Numbered from the whole stretch's first letter, positions 50,529 through 63,055 are shown. The stretch is 63,055 nt of DNA, filler included, from Reticulomyxa filosa (GCA_000512085.1; 19 parts of 19 records of this genome joined end to end with filler, not necessarily neighbours in it), one strand, 5' to 3'. A program made the numbers and translations. The notes: generated by a model from the sequence alone, not told the origin.

Positions 50529-53500
50529 CCTTTCAACTATTTTTTTTGTTTCGGTGGTGTAAGAAAATGTTTTGAACTTTTTTATTGGAGGATGTTAAAA
50601 AAACTTTGAAAAATAAAGTTAAAGAACATCGTAGTTATTTAAAAAAAAGAAAAACAATTTGTTTGAAATTGAGTTGATACGTAAATTACAAGTTAATTTC
50701 TTATTCCCAAAGAATTTTACATAAACTATTCGTTTGTTTGAAATTTAAATTTGTAAACTCGATAGTAGATTGTCTCTTTTTTTTTGTTGCAAATGTTTGC
50801 TTTTTGATTATCATAATATTCAAATTGTAATTTAATATTAACAATATGACCACAACAAAGCAAGTACTTGTACATATCATTTAGTTTTGTTTTATTTAAA
50901 AGAAAAATAGTAACTATCCAAAGTTGGGTACTTTTAATACTTTTTTTTAACGAGAAAAGCGCTACAATCGATATTTAAAAAAGGATCCTCTAAAAGTTCA
51001 TATGATTCATTTTATAATTTTTTTTTAGTTGCTGATTATCATTTGGTGTCTATGTCGAATATTATTTTATGAATATGTATTTATGATTGTTTTTCAAATG
51101 TGTTTGACATAAATAACACGTTCAATCTTATATATTTCTACATCCACAACAACAATTCCTCATTCAACTCATAAAATTTAAAAAAAGTAATTTAATTCCT
51201 TTAAAAAGCAATTCAATATTGATAGTTTTTCTCAAGATTTTCAACTACTTTTGTGCAGATGACTTCTTTGGCAATCTGGAAATTAAAAAATTCTTTTGCT
51301 AAGCTTTGAAAATAGTAAAACAGACAATTGATGACAGAAAAAAAAAAAAAAATCTGGAACTGGACCCTTTTTAAGAAACTTTTACATTCATCAAAACCTT
51401 ATTTTAAACATTTATTTATGTCAATGTATTTTCATTCTTTCATTAACATCCACTTTTTTAATAAGAGATTTTCTATTTCACAAAGTGCAAAGATACACTT
51501 TACCATTTGATGTCCAAGTACTTTTGAGAAATTTTCACCTTGAAAGTCTCATGTTAAAACAAATCAATACTTGTATACAAATTATTCGACATAAAATGAA
51601 ACTATTGTAGCAATATATTTTGCAAGTTCTATCAATTAAACTGATACAACCCAAAACAAACACTTGATGAATGCGCTTCAAAGCGAAAATAACACAACTT
51701 TACACTATCAAAAGTTTGATTGAATCCTAAAACAAAATCAAAACAATATCGTGCTTCTTTTTAAAAATATGAACTACATCATTTTGAAAAATTAGAATGT
51801 TAAATCAAACAAAAAAAAAGGACATCTCTTTCTCTAATCAAGTAGTACTACTTCGTTAACCAATATTGTACAACTCCAAAAAAAAATCTTTTTAAATTTA
51901 TTATTTTTGGCCTCTCAATTGTGAAGATATTTTGATTTTTGAATGACACAAAACAAATTAAAACATAAATTTGAAATTAGAAATTGAAAAAAGTATTCCT
52001 GACAAAAAAAAAAGTTGAAAACAAAAAGGAAACGTCTTATGAGTGATTTTTTTTTTAATTGCAAACTCTGTTAGTTGTTATATCAATTATTAACTTTTTC
52101 TTCTTGTGTTTCCTTTTTTATTTATCAAAAAAAAAAGGTAAAAAAGAGAAAGTGTGTTCAAAAAAGAAAGACAAATGTTTTTATTGCAAAAACCTGGTAT
52201 AAAATAAATGAATAGTTTGTTATACTAAATTTTACAAATTCTTGTAATATCATTTTTTTTGGAATCGTGTTATTCGTTTATGTTCGATTGACGACGTATT
52301 ATTTTTCGATTCAAAAAAAAATGTATTTAAATAAAAATAAATTATTATTTGTTTTTATTTGATCATTTAACATAGATTTGCTCCATGTGAATCTTTGGTG
52401 TGGCTATCATCTTTATAATTTCTTTTCTTGTGATAGATGTCTTTGTATGATATATATATTACTGTCACAATTTTGCATTGCAAATTGACTATAAATATCA
52501 TTTAATTATATCAAGTACCAACACTATTTTAGTGATTTCAATGATTGGACAAAGTGCAAACCGAAAAACACAGAAATGAAATTGTCCAAGTTCAAAGACT
52601 AGCAATTAAATTGCTTTATATCCACTCTAAAAGTGTGTTTTGTGATTATGTTCGCAAATCACTGATCGGAAACAGTTTGACTAAATTCTTCACTTCCATT
52701 GAAGACAACTTAGCATTTGACTGTCATAAGCATGTCGCAAAGAAAACTGAACGCCTAAAACATATCTTATGATGATAATTGATTTTCTCAACGAAAAATC
52801 AACATTTAGACCTAATTTTTTTTTTNNNNNNNNNNNNNNNNNNNNNNNNNNNNNNNNNNNNNNNNNNNNTTAATTAATTAANNNNNNNNNNNNNNNNNNN
52901 NNNNNNNNNNNNNNNNNNNNNNNNNAAAAAATACTTGGGTTCGGATTGCAGCATCATTATCCTTCATAAAACCTTTCATTATTTATATTGAATGCTTAAA
53001 ATCCTTTTTTTCCTTAAACGTATAAGACATACCAGGGCATGCTTGGGTTAGATTCATGTCCAAACAATCAACCGATCCTGAGAAAGAAAACAAAAAAAGG
53101 GACAATTATGAATTTGTTTTTTTATTTATTTATTCTGTAAACATTTGAATGTGTCATGTTTTTTTTAAAAGGTAAGTTTTGAGTATAATTTAACGTTCTC
53201 CGTTTCTAATAAATGTCACAGTACTTTGAGGGTCACTACAATCTGCTTTATTATTTTTATATGTACATTTTTTTTTTTGTTTACGTACATAAAGAATTTT
53301 CTTTAAAAAAAAAAAGGGGGAACGATATCAGAGAAAAAAGGTACCCTCCCCCTTCGTAGATATCATAGAAGCGCTTTTTGTGGATGTTACCTTTTTCAAT
53401 AATTGATTCAAATGCAATAGCCATACTTTCCATGAATACGATTGTTTCTCTTCTATAGCAGCAGTCCATATGTATTTTTATTATTTGGAATTTTTTTAAG

Positions 53501-54039
53501 AAACAACATTGAAAGTGATAAAGATTAGTTCTGAACTAACTTTGATGATAGATAACTTGAAGAACCACACACGCAATAGCTCTTGTCTATAAAGATTGAA
53601 ATAGACGTACAAACTCTGAAAAAAAAAAAGAGTTGTCGGAACAAAATAGCGACAATTCATTAATGCAAGTTAAAATAAAGCTGGAAACTGAACAAAATGA
53701 AAAAATACCTGTGAAATCACTGTTTTATTTGTACAGATTTTTGCTAAAAGTAATTATAACAAAAAAAAAACTCTATACAAATATCTTTTTGTCTAACTTT
53801 ACACATGAAAGACGATGAAGAGAAATAATCGAATTTTAACAAAAAAAAAACCAACAATCCCAATTGGAATTAAATGTGTATTTATCAGATTGACCAGAAA
53901 AACTGTTCAAATTTCTATCTTCTTTTTTCTGTTCATTCCNNNNNNNNNNNNNNNNNNNNNNNNNNNNNNNNNNNNNNNNNNNNTTAATTAATTAANNNNN
54001 NNNNNNNNNNNNNNNNNNNNNNNNNNNNNNNNNNNNNNN

Positions 54040-55395
54040 TTTTGCTAGGAGAGCAAGCAAGTTATCAAAAGTGAAGCAGCTGCACAGTTATCGTCAGTCG
54101 TGAGTATGCAAGGAGGAAATGAAAAACAGCCCGACAGAGAAGAGGTATTACAAAAAGAAATTGCAGCTTTACGTGAAGAAATAGAAAAACTAAAACGCGA
54201 AACTCGTTATGTATTGCCAAAGGAAACGACAATGCCGGACGCGACGTCAATGGAATTGGAGCAATGTGCAAGAAATGAACATTGTCCAGAAATAGAAGAA
54301 AGTATGGTGGAGATAAAAGACAAAATGAAAGAGTGGCAAACACTAATGGTAATGCCAGATTTCACAGAGCTGAAAAGTGAAGATATTTGGGCTAATGATG
54401 GCACGTTTCAAGTGTGGAAGCGACAACAGCTGCAACAAATGGAAGATATGTCTTCCATGGTTATTAGCGTGCTGCAATGCCAACAAAAGTTATCAGAAGA
54501 AAGAGAAAAAAAAGCAACTGAGTTGAAGAAACGAAAACAAGAGTACGTGCAGGTTGAATGCATGTGCGAAACACAATTGCAAACGAAAGAACAGCTCAAA
54601 GCACAGGTGGAGATCTGCTTTCGGCAATGTGTGGACGCCATTCAAAAGTGGAATGATTTTGTTACAAAGAAAATTCAAACCAAAAAAGAGGTTCGATTGT
54701 TACAACATGCTCTCGATATGAGACAAACTCTTGACATGCAATGTGAGGAACATTTTAATAAATTGAAAGAATGGAATGAACTTATGGAACAACAGATCTA
54801 TAAAAAAGACGAATGGATTGCAGACATGTATGAGCAGCTTCAAAAAACATGGTACAAATGGACCCCACAAGAGATTACGGTGTTCATGGCGCAAACATTG
54901 AAATGTGAGAAAGCTGAAATGTCCAAACTCCACGGCCTACTTTGTAAACATAATATCAATGGCCAATCGTTACTTTCTATTTCTAAAAAAGAATTCATCG
55001 ACATTTTTCAAATTCAATCTTTTGCCAAGGCTTCTTTGATTTTTGACAACATCCACAAAATTGCGGCCAAATATCCCATCCCCAATGGTCAACAACAAAA
55101 ACGAGAACCAGATCCTACAATTCCAACAGAATTTCTCTGTCCATTGAGCAAGACTATTATGAACGATCCAGTCATTGCCTTGGACCAAATCACTTATGAC
55201 CGCCTATCGCTTCAAAATTTTTGTCGTGACAAAACTAATCCTCTTTCTCCTTGCAACGGGAAGCCTTTGACAAAAAACGGAGAGCTGCTTTTGTATTCCA
55301 ACCACTCCTTGCGTCGACGGATTCAGCAGTTTTTGTATCAGTGTCACGAAACAAGTCCAGACGATCAAGAGGGATCTTCCTCTGTCTCACGATGA
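54040..55395 (+). CDS. Coiled-coil / SAM-like / U-box E3 ubiquitin ligase
   Basis: Long coiled coil, then the SAM-like WTPQEITVFM..LCKHNINGQSLLSISKKEF, then the U-box IPTEFLCPLSKTIMNDPVIALDQITYDR..SPCNGKPL..LYSNHSLRRRIQQF. Confidence 0.85.
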
Positions 55396-55841
55396 TTTCG
55401 TATTTCTAGTTTACTGTTGAAAACAAGACTTTAGATGTGCAAAAGTGATTTTTTTTTGGTTTTGTAAAAATCTCGAACATAATACTATTCACATCAAAGT
55501 TATATTTTTTGAAAAAAGTGTTTCTCATTTCAAGCTACACAGTATCCAAAAAGAGTAACAAGAAAAAAAAAAAAGAGTACCAACACAAAACCTGAGAGGT
55601 AGTCCAACAACAACAAAAAAAAGAGCCAGTTCACAATTCAGTAATTTCACATGTTTTTTTTTTTTTGCGACACACTCTTCTACCAAGGTTTTCAAAGCGA
55701 ACACACATAAAACACCTTTGCACAGTTTTCAAGTAAAAAAGTGTACGTCACTTATTGTAACAATCTCAAAACAAAATATAGAGGGAAAAAAAAAGGAGGA
55801 AGGAGAGCGAGGGGGGGGGGGGAAAAAAAAGTCATTCAAGA

Positions 55842-56660
55842 TCATTCGTATTCATTGATCGGTAATTGTAAATATTGAACTTTGCCTTTGCGCTCCTCCG
55901 GGACCTCTATTTCGTCATCACTAATACTGTTGAGGGACTCCGCGCTGGTGACAGTATCGGCATATTCGCTTTCAGCGTACTCAGAGCCATTGTCTCCAGC
56001 GTCGCGACTCATAGCAGAAAAGCCAGCAATGGCCATATTTCTGGCATCTCGTAAGGACCCGCCCATCATGGACACAGGATGCAAGGGGCCGTAGTTGGAG
56101 CCATGCGACATCGTGGCGCCAAACCTGGAGCCAGAGAGAGGTTTTAAAGACGTGGTCATTGGCATGGTCGGGAGTAATCCATTGGGGATGACAGTGATGG
56201 AAGGATTGATAGCGATACCATTGGTAGTCGTCGTCGTGGCCGTCGTGGCTGTCGTGGCAGTCGTGGTAGTGGTGGTCGAAGTAGTGGCCGCTGGAGGCGT
56301 TCCAAGAGTGGAGTCGGTAGTGGGACTAACATTGGAGTCGGTGAGAGATACGTTGGTCAGGACGACGCCTTTGGAGGATATTGGCTGCGTTAACGTTTCG
56401 ACATTGGTCACATTCTTTAGAAACTTCTTTTTTTCTTTTTCCCACTTGCGATGCTCCTTCAAAAACTTTTTCTTCTCTTCGTGCAACTTATGTCTCTCCT
56501 CGGTTATGCCGCGGTGCAATTCCAGCACCTCCTTGTGTCGCGTCTCGACGTCCTCTTGCTGCTTGCGAAACACATCCGCCCTTTCTTTTTGCTCGTCCAC
56601 CATTTGCTGCCAGTGGTCTCGCTGGCGCTTCAAGTCCTCTCTTTCACGAATTAACAATTC
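55842..56660 (-). CDS. Hypothetical coiled-coil plus Thr-rich protein, last exon(s)
   Basis: 271-codon ORF with a charged coiled coil and a poly-T tract. No family recognised. Confidence 0.55.
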   Translation of the reverse strand, partial: ELLIREREDLKRQRDHWQQMVDEQKERADVFRKQQEDVETRHKEVLELHRGITEERHKLHEEKKKFLKEHRKWEKEKKKFLKNVTNVETLTQPISSKGVVLTNVSLTDSNVSPTTDSTLGTPPAATTSTTTTTTATTATTATTTTTNGIAINPSITVIPNGLLPTMPMTTSLKPLSGSRFGATMSHGSNYGPLHPVSMMGGSLRDARNMAIAGFSAMSRDAGDNGSEYAESEYADTVTSAESLNSISDDEIEVPEERKGKVQYLQLPINEYE

Positions 56661-57224
56661 ACTTCTGTCCTTTAAATCTTTACTCTTTTTTTTTTTTTTT
56701 ATAAAAAAAAAAAAAAAAAAAAAAAAANNNNNNNNNNNNNNNNNNNNNNNNNNNNNNNNNNNNNNNNNNNNTTAATTAATTAANNNNNNNNNNNNNNNNN
56801 NNNNNNNNNNNNNNNNNNNNNNNNNNNAAAAAAAAAAACAAACTGTTTGAAACAATAAGAGCAACATAATAATATATAATTACTTTCATTTCGCAGGAGT
56901 ATTAAAAAAAAGAGAGTAGTAATTGAAACAAGCAACAACAAGCAACTTTTTCATTGTCGCTGTTTCTTCTTCCTTCTCTTCCATTCAAAGTACAAGTACC
57001 AAAAACATACAAACACAAATAATCAAAAAAGGCCCTTTAACAAGCCAAAAGGAAAAAAAAAACTTACAAATAGATGATGACAAACCAACTTCCATAACTA
57101 TGGCTTTTGTGTCCTTTTTTTGACGCTATGAGAACAAAAGAAAAAGAAAAAAAGAAAAAAAAAACGAGATTCAACAAAAGAAGCAAAGACTTTGAATGAA
57201 TACATAGATAGCAGAGAATGAAAA

Positions 57225-60200
57225 TCATTGACAGTCGGAATGAGCCGTTTCAGCAGCATGTTTGGTAGTGTTTGGATTGGCTGATTCGGGTACATGGTTT
57301 GGAGTAGCAATGGTAGTAGTGAATGATAGCGACCTGGTCGATGACAATGGGTCCGAAAAAGCATATCCGGACATAACCAGGGAGGAATGTGATAAAGAGG
57401 ATGAAGAAATTCCGAAAAGGTTTGCCAAGTGGCCACTTTGGAATGATTGTGATTGCGATGTTTGTGAAAATGTGATTGCATTGGATTCGTTATTGTTATT
57501 TCTCTGCAGCGACGAATCCAAAAGAGAATGTGTTGGAACATTCAAACGACCCGCATCTCCTGTTTTGGTCGCCTCTTGACCAAGAACAGTCGATGAAGAT
57601 AAGACCGAAAGATCTCTACTGTCGTTCTCATTCCGCGTCCTTTGTGGGACATGATCGCTCTTTGCTTCATTACCAGGAGTCTCTTGTGGCCGTTGGTCGA
57701 GTTTTGGAGCCAAAGGCAAAGAAGGTACTGACTTTGATTTCAAAATTGCGTGAGCGGAATCCTGCGAATGCTTTGTTGCGGTTTGAGGTTGCGCAGCACT
57801 TTTCCTCCAATGAAGTGTTGTGCTCATATCAATGGATTGTTCCACAGGACTATGATCAGAGTCATGGCCAAAGTGTGTGTCATTACCGAAATGGGACTTG
57901 ACCCGCTCCTGTCGTTGAGAATAAGTAGCACTACGAAGCAAACAAGTGGACGACGTCTGAGTCCGAGGAGACCTCCTTCCCTCTTTCAAAGTGGTGCCAT
58001 AGTCCCTCTCGTGAGGCGACTGCACAGTTGGCAGCAATTGCAAGTGCAAACCATTGGCACTTGGCTCCAATTGTACAAAGTCGTTTTCGACAAGAGTGTT
58101 ACTGAGATGATGAGCACGATATGGCGAGTGTTTATGGGAAGGAATGTCATGATGTGACAAGTCGACTGAATGCATTCGAATTTGATGGGGGAAGTGTTTC
58201 TTTGTTGGAGTTGTTTTTGTTTTTGCTTTTACTTTCTTCTTCTTGGGAGAAGAGACAAGAGGAAGAAGGGGAGAAGAAACAGGAGGAAGAAGAGGAAGAA
58301 GAGGAAGAAGAGGAGAACGCACATCGTCATCGACAGTGCAAAGAACATCTTGATCTGTTTCCACTTCACTTGTGCTCGGTATTAAATCGATTTCAATGCG
58401 AGGAAGATTTTCAAACTTGTTCTCCGTTTTGATTCGCAATGCATTGCATGAGAGAGCTCCTCGAGTGGGCTGTGAAGCAATCGCCGTCAAAACGTGTGTC
58501 TTCGACTTATGTTCCTTTGGCTTTGAACGCTTGAACGTGGTCTTTTTGTGTTGCGTTATCATAGAACTACTGCTATTGCTATTCGCCAGAGTCAATCCGG
58601 CACGTCCGTCAGCACGTCTTGTCTTTGGACCGGCGTCAAATGCAATTCGAAATGCACTTGACGAACGTGTAGTGTTCGTCTTCGCAGGAGGTCTGATCTC
58701 ATTCTCAGGTCGAGAATGGAAGAAGCTCTGAGGAAAATCATGATGGAACAATAACGGAGGCGGACTATGGCTTTGACTTTGACTGTGGCTCGGACTATGG
58801 CTCTGACTTGGACTCACACTCCGACTTTGACTGCCTCGATCTTTGAAGAATGGACTGTCCATCGAATGACGCTCTTTTCGAATCTCTGTGGGATGAGTCT
58901 TTTCGTGACCAACCCCAACAAAGTCGTGCCGTGTTTGCGTGTGTGGCCGAGTGGACGACGATGACGATGATGACGATGACGACGGAGGGAAAAAGAACGA
59001 TCTCGTCATCGTTGTCATTGTTGTTGTTGTTGTTGTTGTTATTGTTGTCGCTGTTGTCGTTGTCGTTGTTGTAGCAACGTCAGTCGAGTTTATCAATTGT
59101 CTGTTATTGATATCGTGGGGAGGGGATGAAATGGTCGTGGGACGCGAGGGCGAGGGCGAAGGCGAAGCCGACGACGATGACCAAGGCATTGATCTCGCTG
59201 AAAAAAAAAAAGGAGACACAGACACTGTGGATCGCGACGTGGACAACGGCATCACACTCGTATGATTGGTGTGTGACAGAGGAGCCGATGCCATCTCCTC
59301 TGTGTCGTCGATATTACCATGAAACAACTCATCGCTTTTCGTCCGTTGCTCGACCATTCGAGTCTCATCCGTCATCTCTTCCGTCGCATTGTCAGAGAAA
59401 AACATCAACGAACGTGGGGCACTTGGACTGAACAACACAAAATCCTTTTCTTCTATTTCGTTGTCCACCTCATGTTCATTGTGTTCTTCATTAATACTGG
59501 CCGGATTCGTGCGAACAATAGAGTTTTCGGCCGATGTATGCGACATAACGGACTCAGTCCCTTTTTTTTTTTTTCATTTATTTAAAAAAATTAAATTAAA
59601 TTAAAAACAAAGCTAAACTGAACTAGAGACTTGAGAGGTAATAGATTCTTGAATAGGGGGTAAGAAGGGTCTCGCAAAGGCAGTTAGTGCAGGATTGACC
59701 GTGGACTTGGACGAAATCCAATGCTTGTGACTGTTGTCGTGATGTTTTGCAAAGACGGCAGAGCTCGCCTGTGTTAATTTTGAACCTGTTTCCGAATTGT
59801 CGTTGTAACTTGATTTTTCGTCCAATTCTTTTTCATTACTCTCCATTTCCATTGGTGAAAGATATGCATCTTTGCTCTCGTATAATTGCATAACACTTTC
59901 ACTATCATCAATGGAAAAGGGCGTATCTGCATTTGCGTTTGCATTTACATTTACATTTACGAATGCACTTGTACTTATCCTTGTATTTGTGTTGAGATTT
60001 ACATTTGCATCATGCAATTCAGGGTCGTTTGCACCACTCCATGGCTGAGGAAGAAGAGCGTCCGTCCAACTGGTTGTAAGATCCTCGAGTTGGTCACTGG
60101 TAGCATTACGAGGGGTAATGCTACCCCGATGTTGATCTGATTTCGAGGAATGATCATGTGGGGGTGCATTCGTTCCAATATTTGACTGCTGCGTTTTCGC

Positions 60201-60290
60201 ACTCAAACGAGGGGAATCACTTGTTGTGTTGCCGTTCCTAGAGTTTTCCTCCTCTTTGTCCCAATATTTCTTTACCACCACAAAGTCGCC
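57225..60290 (-). CDS. Large Ser/Thr/Pro-rich disordered hypothetical protein (exons ~59620-60290 and ~57230-59560)
   Basis: ORFs of 222 and 773 codons separated by a short AT-rich intron-like gap. No domain recognised. Confidence 0.6.
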
Positions 60291-60869
60291 TGATAGTTCA
60301 CTTGACTGATTGTCATTTGTTTGTTTGTCCGTTTATTTTGGTGGGTGCGTGTGTACACGTATGTATGATTCACTCCCTTTGTTATCCGTGTTAACAAGTC
60401 GTGCAAATAAAAGGGTATTATTTAAAAAAAATAAAATAAATTGTTGAAACTGTCAACTCTCTTGAATCAAATCGGGAAAGTTTATTTTTCAGGTCGTGTT
60501 CGCTGGATAANNNNNNNNNNNNNNNNNNNNNNNNNNNNNNNNNNNNNNNNNNNNTTAATTAATTAANNNNNNNNNNNNNNNNNNNNNNNNNNNNNNNNNN
60601 NNNNNNNNNNTTTTTTTTTTTTTTTTTTAAGATCTACGACTTAGTGGCAAATGGATTACAATAAACGGCAACATACGTATAAACATGTATACATGTACAC
60701 AGGGTGTGGACGGGTAATACTCTGTTAATTACTGGTTATATCGGCGCAGAGGCTTTGTTTATTGTTATTTGTTGAGTGGAATCGTTTATGTCTATGCTTA
60801 TGCATATTTTTTTTTTTTTCTCCAAAAAAAAAAAAAAAAAAACATGACGAAATTTAAAACAAAAAAAAG

Positions 60870-61616
60870 TCGGATCAATAGCCCCATTGGTGTCATCACT
60901 TCGTTTATCGACATATGTGCTCGGATTTGATGATAGCTTTTACTTTCGCAGAGAGTTATTTCGATTAGGAGTAGTGGTGACGGTGGCGGGCTTGATATAT
61001 GTCGTAGCGTATGCGCTGAAGGCGATAGGAGTTGTGAGCGAGTATGTGCGAGTACTAGTGATAACGTACGACTTGGTGCTAGCCATATTTTTCGGATCAT
61101 ATATTCAGACCAAGTGGGTGATGTATAATAATGTCGTCGTGGCACCCAATAAGAAACAGCATGCGCGGTTTTCCTTAAATTGGTTTGCGCCTGTGACGCA
61201 ACAATCAGCAAAGAGCTCACGGTCACGCTTGGATAGTGACTCGGATATGAGATCAACAGGAGATGTTCGGACAACACATAAGTATTGTTGCACTTGCGCG
61301 TTGTGGTGCCAAAGGATATCCTGTGCATGCTGTGTGTCGATTGCCAATGGTAATGCGACACGCACTTTCGACAATTTACGTAGACATACAAACTCGGCAA
61401 GGATTGTCACTCAATCCTCGGTACCCTCTCCTCTTCGTAATGACCACGACGTCGTGGTGGTCACACGTACCACTCACGTCGAAATGGCCAAAAGTCTCAA
61501 CGATAGTGCCAATCGAAAAATGCTGTTGGGGTCGTCTTCACATACCGATAAAAGTGCTTCCCCTACGTTATTGACACTCTATACAGTGCTGGCAAGCAGT
61601 GCCGGGGTGGATGCAT
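60870..61616 (+). CDS. Probable 7TM-RGS protein, internal part
   Basis: DDSFYFRREL followed by two hydrophobic helices ending QTKWV, a linker, then TLYTVLASSAGVDA at the contig end, which resembles the first RGS helix (L..VL....G...F). Confidence 0.5.
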
Positions 61617-61716
61617 NNNNNNNNNNNNNNNNNNNNNNNNNNNNNNNNNNNNNNNNNNNNTTAATTAATTAANNNNNNNNNNNNNNNNNNNNNNNNNNNN
61701 NNNNNNNNNNNNNNNN

Positions 61717-62538
61717 CACCAAATTAAAGCGCTGGAAGACCATCTCGGCTTAAAGCTATTTATGCGTAAAAACCGCTCTTTGTTATTAACCGAAGAGGGG
61801 CAGAGTTATTTCCTTGATATCAAAGAGATTTTTCTGCAGCTGCATGACGCTACCGAAAAATTGCTGGCGCGGGGCGCCAAAGGCGCATTGACGGTCAGTT
61901 TGCCGCCGAGTTTTGCTATTCAGTGGCTGGTGCCGCGTTTAAGTTTGTTCAGTGAATTAAATCCGGATATTGACGTGCGGATCCGCGCGGTGGATTCGGA
62001 AGAGGGCTCATTAACAGATGATGTGGACGTGGCGATTTATTATGGGCGCGGCAGCTGGCGTAACCTGCATGCCGACAAACTACATACCGAATATCTGGTG
62101 CCGGTTTGCTCGCCGATGTTACTCGGGCGTAGCCAGCCGTTAAATGAACCGGCTGATTTGCGCCACCACACGCTGTTGCACGACGGCAATCGGGAAGCCT
62201 GGAAAGCCTGGTTTAACAGCCAGCAAATTAAACACGTTAATGTGAATCAGGGGCCGATTTTTAGTCACAGCGCCATGGTGTTACAGGCCGCTATCCACGG
62301 GCAGGGCGTGGCGCTGGCGCATAATGTGTTGGCGCGGCCTGATATTGCCGCCGGCCGCTTAATGGTGCCGTTTAACTACGTGTTGCAAAGTAAAGATGCT
62401 TATTATCTGGTGTGCCGTGATAACCAGATTGAGCTTGGCAAAATAGCCGCGTTTCGCGATTGGATGATTAAATTGGTCGCCAAAGAGCAGGAAGCTTTTA
62501 ACGAGCAGCATTTTATCGTGGCGGAGCCACATGATTAA
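61717..62538 (+). CDS. gcvA: Bacterial LysR-family glycine cleavage system activator, 5'-truncated
   Basis: HQIKALEDHLGLKLF.RKNRSLLLTEEGQSYFLDIKEIF..KGALTVSL.PSFAI.WLVPRL..QGPIFSHSAMVLQAAIHGQGVALA is near-canonical GcvA. Intronless with bacterial codon usage. Confidence 0.93.
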   Translation, partial: HQIKALEDHLGLKLFMRKNRSLLLTEEGQSYFLDIKEIFLQLHDATEKLLARGAKGALTVSLPPSFAIQWLVPRLSLFSELNPDIDVRIRAVDSEEGSLTDDVDVAIYYGRGSWRNLHADKLHTEYLVPVCSPMLLGRSQPLNEPADLRHHTLLHDGNREAWKAWFNSQQIKHVNVNQGPIFSHSAMVLQAAIHGQGVALAHNVLARPDIAAGRLMVPFNYVLQSKDAYYLVCRDNQIELGKIAAFRDWMIKLVAKEQEAFNEQHFIVAEPHD

Positions 62539-62575
62539 CCAAGCTTGGCAGAGCCACATGATTAACCGAGCTTGG
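62524..62575 (+). repeat. 27-bp tandem duplication spanning the gcvA stop
   Basis: GAGCCACATGATTAACCAAGCTTGGCA followed by GAGCCACATGATTAACCGAGCTTGG. Confidence 0.9.
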
Positions 62576-62615
62576 TGGCACCAGATGGCTGACCTGTGCC
62601 GGCAGGCGTTGTTCA

Positions 62616-63055
62616 ATGAAGCCTACTGATGGTTTGACTTTTTACCCGGTGGCAGCAGCCAAGGCCACCGCGTTGTTGTTGCATGGCGCCGGCGCTGCGG
62701 TGCAGTCAGAGTTTTTCGCTGAGTTGTTGCCACAGCTGCAGGCGGCTGGTGTGCAGTGCTGGACTGCTAATTTTGTTTATATGCAACAGACGTTGGCGGG
62801 GCAGCGTAAAGTCGCACCCAAGGCTGACAAGCTGCTGCCGGAGCTGACGGAACTGCTCGATTACGTGCGCCGGCACAGTGGCACTGAGCTGCCAATCTGG
62901 CTGATTGGTAAATCAATGGGGGGACGGCTTGCCAGTTTGTGGCTGGCGCAGCCGCAAGTTGATTTGACTGGTATCACCGGCGCGCTAGTGCTGGGGTATC
63001 CATTGTGCCCACCGGCTAAAGCTAAAGATCCGGTTTCAGCAAAGCAGGTTAGCCT
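62616..63055 (+). CDS. Bacterial alpha/beta hydrolase (KANL3/Tex30-like family), 3'-truncated
   Basis: Not in the ORF track because it runs off the window. Translated from ATG 62616: LLLHGAGA..NFVYM..WLIGKSMGGRLAS..LGYP, with the nucleophile elbow GKSMG. Confidence 0.85.
   Translation, partial: MKPTDGLTFYPVAAAKATALLLHGAGAAVQSEFFAELLPQLQAAGVQCWTANFVYMQQTLAGQRKVAPKADKLLPELTELLDYVRRHSGTELPIWLIGKSMGGRLASLWLAQPQVDLTGITGALVLGYPLCPPAKAKDPVSAKQVS

Noticed and set aside
56095-59585. Many plus-strand ORFs with poly-V/poly-L/poly-D tracts
   Set aside because: Antisense or off-frame readings of trinucleotide-rich minus-strand genes.
60611-63055. Apparent eukaryote-bacterium junction suggesting HGT
   Set aside because: The two parts are separated by a linker, so there is no physical linkage.
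1-63055. rRNA, tRNA, CRISPR arrays or prokaryotic defence systems
   Set aside because: None recognisable by eye. tRNAscan/Infernal would be needed to exclude small RNAs.

Overview
This window is not contiguous DNA. It is 19 short contigs joined by 18 identical 100-bp artificial linkers (44 N + TTAATTAATTAA + 44 N), so adjacency across linkers means nothing. Eighteen contigs come from an AT-rich, intron-rich eukaryote. The expanded WD40/Kelch/U-box/RING families and the microsatellite-filled introns suggest a foraminiferan such as Reticulomyxa filosa (inference). Recognisable genes, mostly partial, are: PYROXD2-like oxidoreductase, SulP/SLC26 transporter, FKBP-type TPR protein, RalGAP-alpha-like RapGAP, RRP1/Nop52, transportin-3-like karyopherin, a GRK N-terminus, a divergent lidless Hsp70, mitochondrial uL2, GH2 glycosidase, a SAM/U-box ligase and a probable 7TM-RGS. 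There are also WD40/Kelch/RING pseudogenes and Tc1/mariner and LINE relics. The last contig (61717-63055) is gammaproteobacterial (gcvA plus an alpha/beta hydrolase) and is probably a contaminant. The strongest candidate for an undescribed system is a 32-33-codon 'W-x-R-x-L-x-I-K-L-G-W-I-x-D-F-x-K-x(4)-Y' box that starts its own phase-0 exon after a conserved TTG|GTAA junction. It lies N-terminal to WD40 propellers in three genes and C-terminal to a Kelch propeller in a fourth, like an F-box/SOCS-box adaptor.
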